Shown here one piece after another: positions 1 through 11,329 of a stretch of 64,000 bases of DNA; within the stretch, counting starts at the first letter, position 1, and every line of letters starts with the position of its first letter. The DNA is from Rhizophagus irregularis. Lineage: Eukaryota. The DNA is taken from positions 1,612,001 through 1,676,000 of the forward strand of contig NC_089431.1 of assembly GCF_026210795.1 (NCBI RefSeq), written 5' to 3'. The notes beneath the pieces were generated by a model. That model ran no database searches, was not told the origin of the DNA, and saw only the letters and a list, made by a program, of their open reading frames with translations. A program made the translations under genes and the position numbers.

Positions 1-2781
1 TAATTATGGAATTGAATTTATTATATAATATTCGTTCAATTTTTGATAATCAATTGCAAGCTAAGGTTAATAATTTTATAATTCAAATTAATGATCAAGG
101 AATTCTAGGAAAAATAATGGAGATTCATTTAGTAGATATTCAAAATAAACTACTTTTACCTTTCAATCCTTTAATTAATTTTCCTTTTTCTAATAAAGAT
201 TTAATCTTTATGGGTCAACATTTGCGAAATAATTTTATTATTAATAATTTATTATTAATGAAAAGTTATAATTTTAGTATAGAATTTAATAAACACAATA
301 TTGGGAAAAATAGTACTGTATTAGGAAGGGGTCGTCATATTATGGAAATTGTTGGAACTGAAAGTTTTTTGAAAAATATAAAAATTTTACGTATGAATAA
401 TTTATACTTTTTGGACCAATTTTTATCTCCTGATAACAAAACTCTTCTGACATGGTGGAATATAAAAAATAAGATATTTGCTCTTAGTAATAATAGAAAT
501 AGTAATGTAGTTAATACGCCAAATATATATAAAAAAATTCAGTCTTTAGTTACAACTAATGGAAAAAATTATAATGTTAAAGAGGAATATATAGATAATA
601 ATGTAGTGACAAATTTGGGTGGTTATGAATTTTTACCAATTAATATTCATATTAATAATATTATAACATCTTTTAATATGTTTCATTTTAAAAATATTTA
701 TGGAAAAATAATTGAAGAAAAGCCCTTTACATATATTTTTGAACATTTTAAAAGAATATCGAACACAAGTGAAATTAATTTGTTTATTAAAGTATGTAAT
801 GGTTGTGAATATAATATTGGTCAAATAGAGGGTAAATGTATAATAGAATCAATGAAAACTGAAATATATGAAGTGAGATATAAAAGACTTATTAAATGGA
901 AGGGATATAAGGCATATCTTCTAAAGGAAGCACAACATAATTATATGGAAAATATTATAAGATATGATCAATTTTTTAAACGAAACCCTTTATATTACTC
1001 TTCATATGATAATTATCAATTACGTTTTGATGAAAATAGTTTAGATATTATTGAAAAATATATAGATTTATCATTAGATAAACAGAAATTATTTGATTCA
1101 AGAAAAATTTTATATGATTCAAATGTTAAAGATTTTGTTTGGTATACAGATGGTTCAATTAAAGATATTACCAAAGAATATGTATCAGCTACTTTTGGAA
1201 CAACTTTTTATAATTTGTCCTTGCAAAAAATTTTGGAATTAATATCATCTTATAATAATTGGATTTCATCAACACGTGCAGAAATTTTTGCTTTATTAAT
1301 TACTTTGCTAATAGCACCTTCTAATAGTAATTTAACAGTTTATACAGATAGTGCTAGCATTATTAGTAATTTTGAAAAATTTAAATTTTATAATTTTACT
1401 TTAGTTACTAGACAAATTTTTAAAATTAGTAATAACAACATTCTTTGGAAAATAATTATGGATATTATTAAAGAAAATAATTTATCTGTTAATATATTTA
1501 AAGTTAATGCTCATACAGATGATGCTTTAAATAATTATGTCGACAATATTGTTTCTTTGGCACATAATGATCAAAATTTAGGAATTAATTTAAATTATAA
1601 TAATTTTTATGATCTTCCTTGGATTCCCAAATGGAATGGCATAGTTATAGAAAAATCTTTAAGAAAGTTAATTACATTAACAACCAATACGAAAAATTTG
1701 GAAAGGTTTTTAAATTTAAATAGAAATGATAAGTATAGAAAATGTGAAATAGATTGGTCAATTTTTTTTAATAATTTTTTGGGAGAAAAACAAAAATTAT
1801 ACACTGATTTCAAAGAATCAAAAATTAGAAGACGCAAAATTCAGTTGATGATTGAAGAACTTCCTTGCATTGAACAAATTAAAAGAACTTTATTTTCATT
1901 ATATAAAGAAAGGTTTTGTCCTATGTGTGAAGAGGATGAAGAAGATTTCAATCATATCTGGTTTTGTGAAGAAAGACGAGAGGATATGGATGATTTAATT
2001 TCAGGAGTACAAAATTGGCTTCTTTTAGAAATTAATAAAATTTTAGATCCTATTAATCATATTACTCTTGAACATATTAAAAATCTCAATGATATTTGGA
2101 AACTTGAAGTATCAGAGGATCACATAACTTTCATAGATTTAATTAAAGGTTTCTTTCCTTGTTCGTTAATTAATTTTTTTAAACAATTATTATCTATGAA
2201 ATCAAAAGTTGAAATTTTGTCATATAATTTTAGGAATGAAATTTTGGATAAATCTATGATTTTTTGGAAAGTGAGGTGTAATAAACTTAATGAAATTGAT
2301 AGAGGTTTGGGAATTGATAAAAATGTTAAAAAACAACATTTTGGTAAAGAGCAGTTTATTGACAAAACGCGTAAATCAAAAAATAAGAAATACTTTAATC
2401 TACAAAGTCTTCAAAGTCATATTTATTTTGGGGGTAATACAATAGATTACTATAATATTGTTGATTACGGTAGTGTTTCGTAGTATTATTTTTATTATCT
2501 TTTGATGTTGTAGTAGTAATTAAAGGAGTTGTGGTGAGTTTTTATATAACATTACCGAAGTCCATACGAATAGTAGTAGTTATGCGGATAGTTTAGTGAA
2601 CCTATTTGGGTGAGCAGGATGGTAGATAGTTCTTTTGAACATAAAATCTTAAGTCCCTATAATATTATAGTACTAGTTCGATCGTGTTCTTTACTAAATG
2701 TTATATAATGTAGATCTTTTCCTTTTTTGTAATTTTTCTTATTTCTAAATAAAGTTGACTTCGTTAAAAAAAAAAAAAAAA
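1..2781 (+). mobile_element. 3' portion of a non-LTR retrotransposon (LINE) with RNase H; 5' part outside the window
   Basis: Long ORF ending at 2483, ~280-bp 3' UTR, AATAAA at 2748-2753, 16-A tail at 2766-2781. Confidence 0.85.
6..2483 (+). CDS. LINE ORF2 C-terminal part: RNase H plus CCHC-type zinc finger
   Basis: RNase H motifs WYTDGS, TRAEIFA, VYTDS, VNAH...N..VD; downstream CPMC-x8-H-x3-C knuckle. Probably starts upstream of the window. Confidence 0.85.
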   Translation: MELNLLYNIRSIFDNQLQAKVNNFIIQINDQGILGKIMEIHLVDIQNKLLLPFNPLINFPFSNKDLIFMGQHLRNNFIINNLLLMKSYNFSIEFNKHNIGKNSTVLGRGRHIMEIVGTESFLKNIKILRMNNLYFLDQFLSPDNKTLLTWWNIKNKIFALSNNRNSNVVNTPNIYKKIQSLVTTNGKNYNVKEEYIDNNVVTNLGGYEFLPINIHINNIITSFNMFHFKNIYGKIIEEKPFTYIFEHFKRISNTSEINLFIKVCNGCEYNIGQIEGKCIIESMKTEIYEVRYKRLIKWKGYKAYLLKEAQHNYMENIIRYDQFFKRNPLYYSSYDNYQLRFDENSLDIIEKYIDLSLDKQKLFDSRKILYDSNVKDFVWYTDGSIKDITKEYVSATFGTTFYNLSLQKILELISSYNNWISSTRAEIFALLITLLIAPSNSNLTVYTDSASIISNFEKFKFYNFTLVTRQIFKISNNNILWKIIMDIIKENNLSVNIFKVNAHTDDALNNYVDNIVSLAHNDQNLGINLNYNNFYDLPWIPKWNGIVIEKSLRKLITLTTNTKNLERFLNLNRNDKYRKCEIDWSIFFNNFLGEKQKLYTDFKESKIRRRKIQLMIEELPCIEQIKRTLFSLYKERFCPMCEEDEEDFNHIWFCEERREDMDDLISGVQNWLLLEINKILDPINHITLEHIKNLNDIWKLEVSEDHITFIDLIKGFFPCSLINFFKQLLSMKSKVEILSYNFRNEILDKSMIFWKVRCNKLNEIDRGLGIDKNVKKQHFGKEQFIDKTRKSKNKKYFNLQSLQSHIYFGGNTIDYYNIVDYGSVS

Positions 2782-3329
2782 TATCAAAATACGATTTTCA
2801 ATATATATAATACAAACTTATTTTTAAGATGTAATATATGTATAAACCTGTTAATTTTACCGTAGTACATGATGATAGTAAGGCTTATTGGGTTTCAATC
2901 ACGGATAGAGATTTATATGCATCATCAGAAGCTTGTTTTGCTGCAAGAATAGCACTATATCGAAAAACTTCATATTCCGGAGTGGTGAAAGGTTTTTCTT
3001 TTTTATGTGTGCAAGATAAAAGTTACTGAACTAACTGAAGTGCTGTAATAGATAATCGATCAAATTCAATAGTACACAATGATATAATTGATGCCGTATC
3101 AACCAATAACTCTAAGTAACTTGCTTATATTTGTTCTAAATTTATTATGAATTTATTTGGTTAATTACATTGTAATATTTGACTATATTATTTTGATTGT
3201 AAAAAAAATCATAACACAATAAATCATATGATCCTTAAGTTTGAAATTTTATTTGCTTATTTTCATAGAATTTTTGATATCAGGTGTCAATAACGCGTAG
3301 CGCTCTTATAAAAAAACCCTTGTGTAGAG

Positions 3330-5470
3330 CTAATATCTTAAATCATATGGATAATCAACTATTTCTCCTTGTTCATTACAGTAATCAAAGCTAATTTTAT
3401 AATAATCAAATATAACTCCGATTATGAAAACTTCAGTTTTAGACCATATACGTTGATCAATTATAGGTTTTTCATGTCCATGAAAATATGTTGAAGCATG
3501 ATGATAAAGCCCACCCATACTTCTTTGAACATCGTCATACCTAAGAAAATTTTGGTGACATGCTCGCTCTACAGTATCAATAAAAGTTTTATCTTGAGAT
3601 AATAATTTAAGAGCTTTATCATATGGTTCATGAAATGAAATTGATTTACTTTTCGCTAAAATCTATTACAAAAACAAAAAAAAATTCTATTAACGTATAA
3701 AATCAGACAATAATAAATAAATAAATAATATAGAATTCTGTTACCTGAGCTCTTACAAATTCCAGAGTTCCGCGTACGTTAAGTAAATTTTCTTTTTGAG
3801 TAATTAACTTATCTTTATCTTTAATAATACTATTAAGTGTAGCCATTTCATTTGACATCTTTTGGTACTTATTTTCAAATATATCAATAATCTCCTGAAT
3901 TAGAGTTGATAATATTTCTTTCTCCCAATCAGCGAAAATTTCTTTTTTTTCTTTATTCCAGTCGTTCAATTTTTTATCCAACATATCTGAATTTATTAAA
4001 ATTTTATCAAATAATTTGATCATTTTATCATTTTGTGATATAATTAATTGAGCGGCTGTTTGATCTGGTCTTTCAAAATAATTATATAGACCTTTCTCGA
4101 TCGCTTTATAAATTGAGCGTGTTTGCTGAAAGTTCTAAGGATAATAATTTATTATAATTAATATACAGTACAATAACTTTCAGGATTTAAGAATATATAA
4201 AATATGATTAATTAGCTTAATACCAAAATTACAGGTGACTTGAACTTTTGAGATAAAATTGCATTTGATTCTTTAAACGCGTTAAAAGTATATTTTCCAA
4301 TACTTTCAGATATACTAGTGCGTGTTGACTAAAAATTTTACAAATAATTGATTAGTACAATTATTATTAAAAAAAAGTTTCGAATAATATCAGATATATA
4401 ATATAATTAGCTTACTTGACTATATGGCTAAGTATTTTACAAATTATAATTAATACAATTAATATACAAAAATTTCAAGAAATTAAAATATGATTAATTA
4501 AACCTACCAAGATTACAGAAGGTGTCTTCATTTTAATTGCATCAAGTAAGTGATTATTATATACTAGCTAAAATTTTACAAAATATAATTAATATAATTC
4601 ATATAAAAATATATAAAGTATAATTATTAACTTACTTGACTAGATGGAAAATCATTAAATGAACTAAAAGAAATTTTTCCAATACTTTTAAAATTACTGG
4701 TACATTGTGGCTAAAAATTTTACAAATTATAATTAATAAAATTACAATCAATATCTGATATACAAAAATTTCAAGAAATTAAGAATATATAAAATATTGA
4801 TTAGCTCACCAAGATTACAGAAGGCGTCTTGAGCAAATTGGTATGAGAACTAAAGGTCTTTTTAATTGTTTCAAGTAAGTTATCAATTATGTACTAACTA
4901 ATATTTTACAAATTAGAATATATAAAGTATAATTATTAGCTTACTTGACTTGATGGAAAAATATTAAACGAATTAAAAGTATTTTCTCCGATACTTTTAG
5001 TTAATGTAAAATTCCTATTACAATGTGGCTAAAAGTATTACAAATTATAATCAATACAATTAATATACAAAATTTCAAGAAATTAAGAATAAATAAAATA
5101 TAATTAATTAGCTTACCAAAATTACAGAAGGTACCTTGGGTAAAATAGTATGAGGACTAAAGGGCTCCCTTCTAATTGTACCAAATAAGTAATCATTATG
5201 TATTAACTAAAAATTTTACAAATTATAATTAGTACAGTTTATATAACTAATATATAAGATAAAATTTATTAATTAAAATTGCAAAAGATACATTGAATCT
5301 ATGAGATGAAATACTAATGTTATTTCTAGTCAATGGTGAGGGCTAAAATTTAACAAAATATATTTAATATCCTGTATAGAAATTTATATATAATCACTCA
5401 ATCTAGTAGTTACCGAAGTTAATCTTTTTGGAGGAAATCTTGCAACTAGGATTCTTGTAAAAGATGACAT
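3330..5470 (-). CDS. Multi-exon (~11 exons) hypothetical protein: Ser/Arg-rich, mitochondrial-presequence-like N-terminus, repeated micro-exons, coiled coil, conserved-looking C-terminal domain
   Basis: Hand splicing through GT-AG introns gives an open frame: MSSFTRILVARFPPKRLTS / PSPLTRNNISISSHRFN / LIHNDYLFG..PSVIL / PHCNRN..FPSSQ / ... / NFQQTR..LEFVRAQ / ILAKSK..GGLYHHASTYFHG..DLRY. This joins track ORFs 3703-4023 and 3330-3518. Confidence 0.7.
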
Positions 5471-5790
5471 TATTAAAGAACTTTATCTGTGTGTTGATTG
5501 AGAGGCAAAATTATTTTTAACAAGAATACTTGAAAATATAAAATTAAAAGAAAGGATTTTTATAGTTTTTTTAATAATAAGAATATCATAGTAATAAGAA
5601 ATTATATACTTATTTAATTATATATTTATTTAATAATAAAAAATTCTAATTTTGAATTTTTCTAATAATAAAAACATCCACATATATTTAATAATGTTTC
5701 TTTATATATTTATTCAATAATGAGAATTTCTGAATTGATATTTCTAATAATCATATTTCCCTAAGTAATAGGTCAATCTCTGCATCTGAT

Positions 5791-5983
5791 TTTAATAGTG
5801 AGAATATCTATATATAGTTAATAATAATAATAAAATGTTTATACTTATTTAATAATATATTTATTTAATAATAAAATTTTCTAATTTTAATAGTGAGAAT
5901 ATCTGTATATAGTTAATAATAATAATAAAATATTTATACTTATTTAATGATATATTTATTTGATAATAAAAATTTCTAATTTT
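5791..5983. repeat. Tandem duplication of a ~95-bp AT-rich unit
   Basis: tttaatagtgagaatatct.tatatagttaataataataataaaat... starts at 5791 and again at 5886. Confidence 0.7.
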
Positions 5984-6820
5984 ACATTTTTCTAATAATA
6001 AAATCATCCCATATATTTAATAATGTTTATTTAGTAATATATTTAATCAATAATGAATCGATATTTCATATTTATTTATAAATATTATTATTATATTTCT
6101 ATAAAAAGGTTTAAATTAATTTTATAATTAAATATACTTATACTAAAAAATTGGAAAATCAAATTTTAAATATCCTTTAAATAAACTGTTATGTCATTCT
6201 TCCGCAATCAATGGATGATGAATACAATTTTTAATCAGTTATCAAACTTGACGTAATTAAGGTATAATAAATATATTTAGATGTTAACTCTGCCAAATTT
6301 TTAAGGATATATATAGTTTTTTTAACAAAAAAAAATGTCTAATGCTAATATTTCCTAAATTATCAATTATGATACTAATAATAGTTTAATTGCCCGCTTA
6401 CCCATGGAATAACAGTATTTAACAGGCAAAGGTTAGATACTCAAGGTTAATATAAAAAAATTTGTAAATAATTATAATAAATTTTATCACAATATAATCA
6501 CAATATACATATTTTATTATAAATTTCGCGATATTAATATCAAAGTCATGTTTATAAACCAACCATACTTATTTATTCTCGTGATAATCTGATTTTATTC
6601 TGACTCTGGCCAGTTTGGCTTGCATTAAGTAAACAGCGTATCACCTGATTAGTTTCGATCATTGATTTTATTGAATTTTTAAATTTTTTTTTTAATTATT
6701 GGTAAGAGAAGTTTTACATAAATATTAAATGCTTCCTTTTTATTATTTTATTATTTTTACGAAAACTTATTCCTAAACTATTTATTAACTTATTCCTTTA
6801 CAAAGCTATTTATTAATATA

Positions 6821-6955
6821 CCATATTCATCGGAAAATAAGCAACCCCTCGAAAATAAGCAACATGGGCGGAATTATGGCATTTTTTGGCCCGCATTACT
6901 AAATCTTGGCCTGCATTACGTGCAAAAGTTGTTGCTTATTTTCGGATGAATACGG
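6821..6955. mobile_element. MITE, Tc1/mariner-pogo-like
   Basis: ~25-bp imperfect TIRs (ccatattcatcggaaaataagcaac / gttgcttattttcggatgaatacgg), flanked by TA on both sides. Confidence 0.7.
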
Positions 6956-9042
6956 TACTATTGCTGCAGTCCTGCGATAGGACCGTTTGGTTGTGATACG
7001 GTATGGTGCTATGCGCAATTTTCATGTCAGAATCCATATGAGAAAGTACAAGATTTTCAAAATGTGGTAAATCAATTTTTTGGAAAACAAGATTTTTTTG
7101 TCAGAAATAAATTGATCAAAATTTGAAATCAAATACTATTATTTAAAAAAAAACAACAAAAATACAATAAAGTTTACTTCGCACAAGTTAAACTAACTGA
7201 ATTAAATAAAGTAATTATTTTTTATTATATTAACTAAACCAAAAAAAATAAATTATTTCCAATGATTGGTATATATTTAGGGGTGGCAACGGTCGGTCAT
7301 GGTCAGTCATCGGTCGGTCATAACCGGTCAAGAACCTTTGACCGACCGACCGACCGTTGACTAACCGGTTAACCGACCGTTTGACCGACCAGTTAACTGA
7401 TCCTGAAAACGTTTGCGAAATGTATTTAATTGAAATACTTAATAAAAAATGTTTTCGCAACGTTTTCTATTAAAATAATTAAAAAAACGTTTGCGAAACA
7501 TTTTTTTTATTAAACAAGTTAACATTAAACATGGCAGGGAGCTATAGTCATAGTATAATTAGAACTATAATAATTCTGACTTTTTTTTAATTAAGTTGGT
7601 TTATACTACCATACAGTATCATAATTATGATAAATAGTTTTTAAGATTTAAAGAGAATTTCTAAATTTTAACTGGTGGAAAAATTACTGGTAGATCATGT
7701 GATTGTGTATTAAATATCTATGTGATTTATTATGATGATGCAATTTCATTTGGCTCGCTTCGCTCGCCGGGTTTTTCTAGCCAAACCATAACTTTCACTT
7801 TATTTGCAAAATTTTTTATTATATTTAACATATCTATAAAAAAAAATTTGAGAAAATTACTCTTAACTAGCTATTAACATAATTTTTTTCTCATTTGGTA
7901 AAGGATGATCATTTTCGGTTTATTTTGCTTGTTAATCATTTTTGGCTTAGTTATTTCACTTGTTAATCATTTTAAGGTTAATTATCTTGATTGTTGTTTA
8001 TTTTTTGGTTCAAAAATAAAAAAATATATATATCAGAATATGTGATTAACTTTAAATAATAATACAGAAAGATTGTTTATTACTTGATAAAGCATTATTT
8101 AAAATTTACTATCATCATTTTGGAATTATAGCTCTGGAAAAAAAATTTTCATGATTACATTGTAATAAAACAATTCTACTATCCGATTGTTGATCATTTT
8201 TAGTTCTGAAAAAATTACGATAACTGAACATCATAATAATAAGACAATGATAATTAAATTTTACCATTTGGTTGTTGTTTATTGTTTTGTTTCAAAATAA
8301 AAAATTACTTGATATAACATTTATTTAAATTTTATCCATCCAATTGTTGAGAAAAAAAAAATTTTATGATAACATTGTAATAAATCAACAATTATATTAT
8401 CCGATTGTTAATCATTTTTAGAATTACTATCCTGAAAAAATTTTCATGATAGCATTATAACAATAATGAGATGATGATAATGAAAATTTACCATTCGATT
8501 GTTGTTTATTTTTTGGTTTAAAATAAAAAAAATATGTATCTATATTTAAATAAGTAATACAAACAAATTGTTTATTTACATAATATTAAAATTTGTCATC
8601 CGGTTGTTGATCATTTTGATTTGCTAAAAATTTTATCCCACAATTTTTAAGCAAGAAAGAACATTCTATAAAAGTGCAATATCACCTTATGGGTGGGTGG
8701 GTGGCACGTCACGTTATTGTAATGACTTGAAATGATTGACATGTCATGATAGGTTAACGTTAACTTAACATTAACATAAGATTAGTTTTTGGGTGATTTC
8801 CATTTTAAGATGCTGATCCCCATCTTTGGTATTGATTTGCTGATTATATAAATACATTTCAAATCAAGCTTTTCTATTTTAGTATGATCGGCAACCAACA
8901 AATCTTTTAGTGTTTTAATTACATTTCGCAAACGTTTTTAGGATCAGTTAAACGGTCGGTCAAATGGTCGGTCAGAGGTCTTTGACCGACTGATATCAGT
9001 CACGGTCATGACCGGTCATAACCGGTTAATGACCGTGACCGT

Positions 9043-9535
9043 TGTTAACAGGTCCGTCTCAGACTCTGTCAACTATAACTAAACGTTAGGGAGTCAATAG
9101 CTATAACGTAGTTTATATCAGCAAGTCACGCAAAAACACAATACGCAAAATATAACACAATCACAGTTCATTTTTAATATAAGAGTTTATTAAATAGTTA
9201 ATACAAGTTAATCCCTAACTTATACTATCTATTTTCTATCTATCTGACACACTGACACACACTTTAATTTAAGAAAAATCAAAAGATATTTATATAAAAA
9301 TAAAATATAAATAAAATAATATAACTAAAATAAATAAAGTAAATAAAATAAATGTAATAAATAAAAGAAATAATAAAAATAATAAAAATAACATAAATAA
9401 TATAAATAACAAAAATAACAATTGTAACGTTAATCAGATCTACAAAATTATTTGATTACATAATGATTGATCTACTAATTAATCATCTGATTTTTGAATC
9501 ACGTGATTTTTACTGCGCCATAATCTTCGTTATCA
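9043..9535 (-). repeat. 3' LTR of Gypsy A
   Basis: Direct repeat of 28013-28505; two transitions seen by eye (at 9170 and 9258). Confidence 0.95.
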
Positions 9536-9550
9536 AATCTCCCTCACTAA
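9536..9550 (-). other. Polypurine tract of Gypsy A
   Basis: Minus-strand TTAGTGAGGGAGATT abuts the 3' LTR. Confidence 0.7.
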
Positions 9551-9929
9551 ATTTTGAGTTCCCACGAAAAATAATTAAAGCCAAATAAATTTTATCTTGT
9601 CTTTTCACTTCACTCCCAACCCGCTAGTAAATGAAAAAAACTGGTCATCCATGTAATACCAAAACAGTAGGCCCTCGAAAGGGACACGAACCAAAGTCCA
9701 TGTAAAGCTAAGGTATTAGCCTTCTCAAATGTGGCCATCAAATGATCAGGACACGGGTGACATCGATCCTGGGAAGAAATTCATTATCAATTTAAAAGAA
9801 AATCATGAATTATGGGATCGGGATGGGCTGGTAAATCATCAGAAAATTGTTGTAAGTTTTTTTCCATAAATGTTAAAAATCTGGTAACCTAATTAAGATT
9901 TTTCTCGTCTCCTTTCTTTTCTCGTCATC

Positions 9930-10637
9930 ATGGTATACAAGAAATACAATAACCAGAAATCTACGCCAAGAGAACGTATCAGACTAACTAAAAAGAAAAA
10001 TAAATGTAGTTCTCAAAAAACCCATAATAAGCGGTTTTTTGTTCGCAAATCTAAGAAAGAAAAAGAAGAAGGAAAGGAAACGCAAAAATTATCACAAAGG
10101 GCAGTTCGAGTGGCCTCTGAATTTTTTCTTCAAAACAGGGAACTTCGTGAAGAAATAATTCAACTACGTCAAGAAGTTCAAGAACTTCAGGAGGAAGTAC
10201 AAGTCCGAGAAGATTTTTCGATTATAAAATTTTCTCAAGAATCTCAGGTGCGACAAGAACTTCAACAACAAGTTCAACAACTGCAACAACAATTATCGTC
10301 GCTCCAGGAGCAACTCCAAGAAGCTTCGTCACGTGACGAATTAGTTGAACAACAACAAGCTCCTCCTCCTCCTCCTCTTACTAGTTCCGAACAGTATCAA
10401 CTAGTCGTCGAGAATGAAATTATGTTGAATGATATCCAGGAACGTGACGATTTCATTCAACGGCTTAAAAATGAGAGAGTAAATGAACATCTTGCTTTTT
10501 GTCGGCAAATTTCAGCTTTGAAGGAAGATTGCAATAGGTTGCGTCGGGAAAGAAATGCTGCACACCATAGGGCTGAAGGGATGATAGTTTTGCTTAGAAA
10601 TAGAGATAATTCTCGTAATCCTCCTTCTTCCGTATAA
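9930..10637 (+). CDS. Antisense accessory ORF of Gypsy A: basic (NLS-like) N-terminus, Gln/Glu-rich coiled coil
   Basis: 235-aa ATG-initiated ORF inside the LTRs; heptad-like Q/E/L composition and a poly-Pro stretch. Confidence 0.6.
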   Translation: MVYKKYNNQKSTPRERIRLTKKKNKCSSQKTHNKRFFVRKSKKEKEEGKETQKLSQRAVRVASEFFLQNRELREEIIQLRQEVQELQEEVQVREDFSIIKFSQESQVRQELQQQVQQLQQQLSSLQEQLQEASSRDELVEQQQAPPPPPLTSSEQYQLVVENEIMLNDIQERDDFIQRLKNERVNEHLAFCRQISALKEDCNRLRRERNAAHHRAEGMIVLLRNRDNSRNPPSSV

Positions 10638-10897
10638 TTTTCTTTTCTATTATGTAATCATCTTTTATTATTTTGTTATATAATAAATATAATATATATA
10701 TGATAAAAAAAAATTTTTTTTTTTTTTTTTTTTTCGTATAAAATTTTGTAAATTTTCTGGGGCATTGAGTCACATATTCATGCTGATCATTTTTGATCAG
10801 TTTGTTCAACATAAAAACTAATTTGATTTGTCGATCGTCATTGATTTCTAATTTTGTCAATCATTCACGATTAATTTATCGATTTTAAGGATTATCA

Positions 10898-11299
10898 TTA
10901 ACTAAATTCAGCTCCACATAATAATCGAAATTCTTGTGACTTTAACTTTTTCAACATCATAAAAGTTACTAATTTTGTTCTAAATATTTGTTCTACTCCT
11001 ATATTAAGAAAAATATGATAGGTCCTAATACATCCTTGATAAAAGTGTGTCGTCATTCTAGATCTAAATAAAGTTTTCTGAGCACGTGATAATATTTGAT
11101 TTTCTAATAATTGTCCAAGTTTATAAGCATAAAATAAAGTGTATTGTCTCCTTTTTAGTCGTGAATATCTTTGTAATAATTGATAGTATTGGATAAATTT
11201 TTGGTCTGATGATGATTCGTCATTTACAGGATCTACAGGAAAAATTATTTCTATTGGTTCAATTTCCATTAAATCGTTGAAAATATCTACTGGAGTCAT
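10898..11299 (-). CDS. Sense accessory ORF downstream of integrase in Gypsy A, unknown function
   Basis: 133-aa ATG-initiated ORF 30 nt after the integrase stop; protein-like composition (AYKLGQLL, RTYHIFLNIGVEQIFRTK). Confidence 0.65.
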   Translation of the reverse strand: MTPVDIFNDLMEIEPIEIIFPVDPVNDESSSDQKFIQYYQLLQRYSRLKRRQYTLFYAYKLGQLLENQILSRAQKTLFRSRMTTHFYQGCIRTYHIFLNIGVEQIFRTKLVTFMMLKKLKSQEFRLLCGAEFS

Positions 11300-11329
11300 T
11301 TTGAAAATTATTTCTTATTTACTGAACGT

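Noticed and set aside
2838..3029. 63-aa ORF after the LINE tail
   Set aside because: No recognisable motif; it could be an exon fragment but cannot be supported.
7230..7460. 76-aa ORF
   Set aside because: Translation of the hAT-like subterminal repeats.
7752..7780. Helitron 3' end (hairpin plus CTAG)
   Set aside because: CTAG is followed by C rather than T, no 5' TC end or Rep/helicase was identified, and it lies inside the hAT-like element.
9640..9835. Ribozyme in the Gypsy A 3' region (CCCT-CGAA-AGGG hairpin)
   Set aside because: No hammerhead CUGAUGA/GAAA core or other catalytic consensus was found by eye on either strand.
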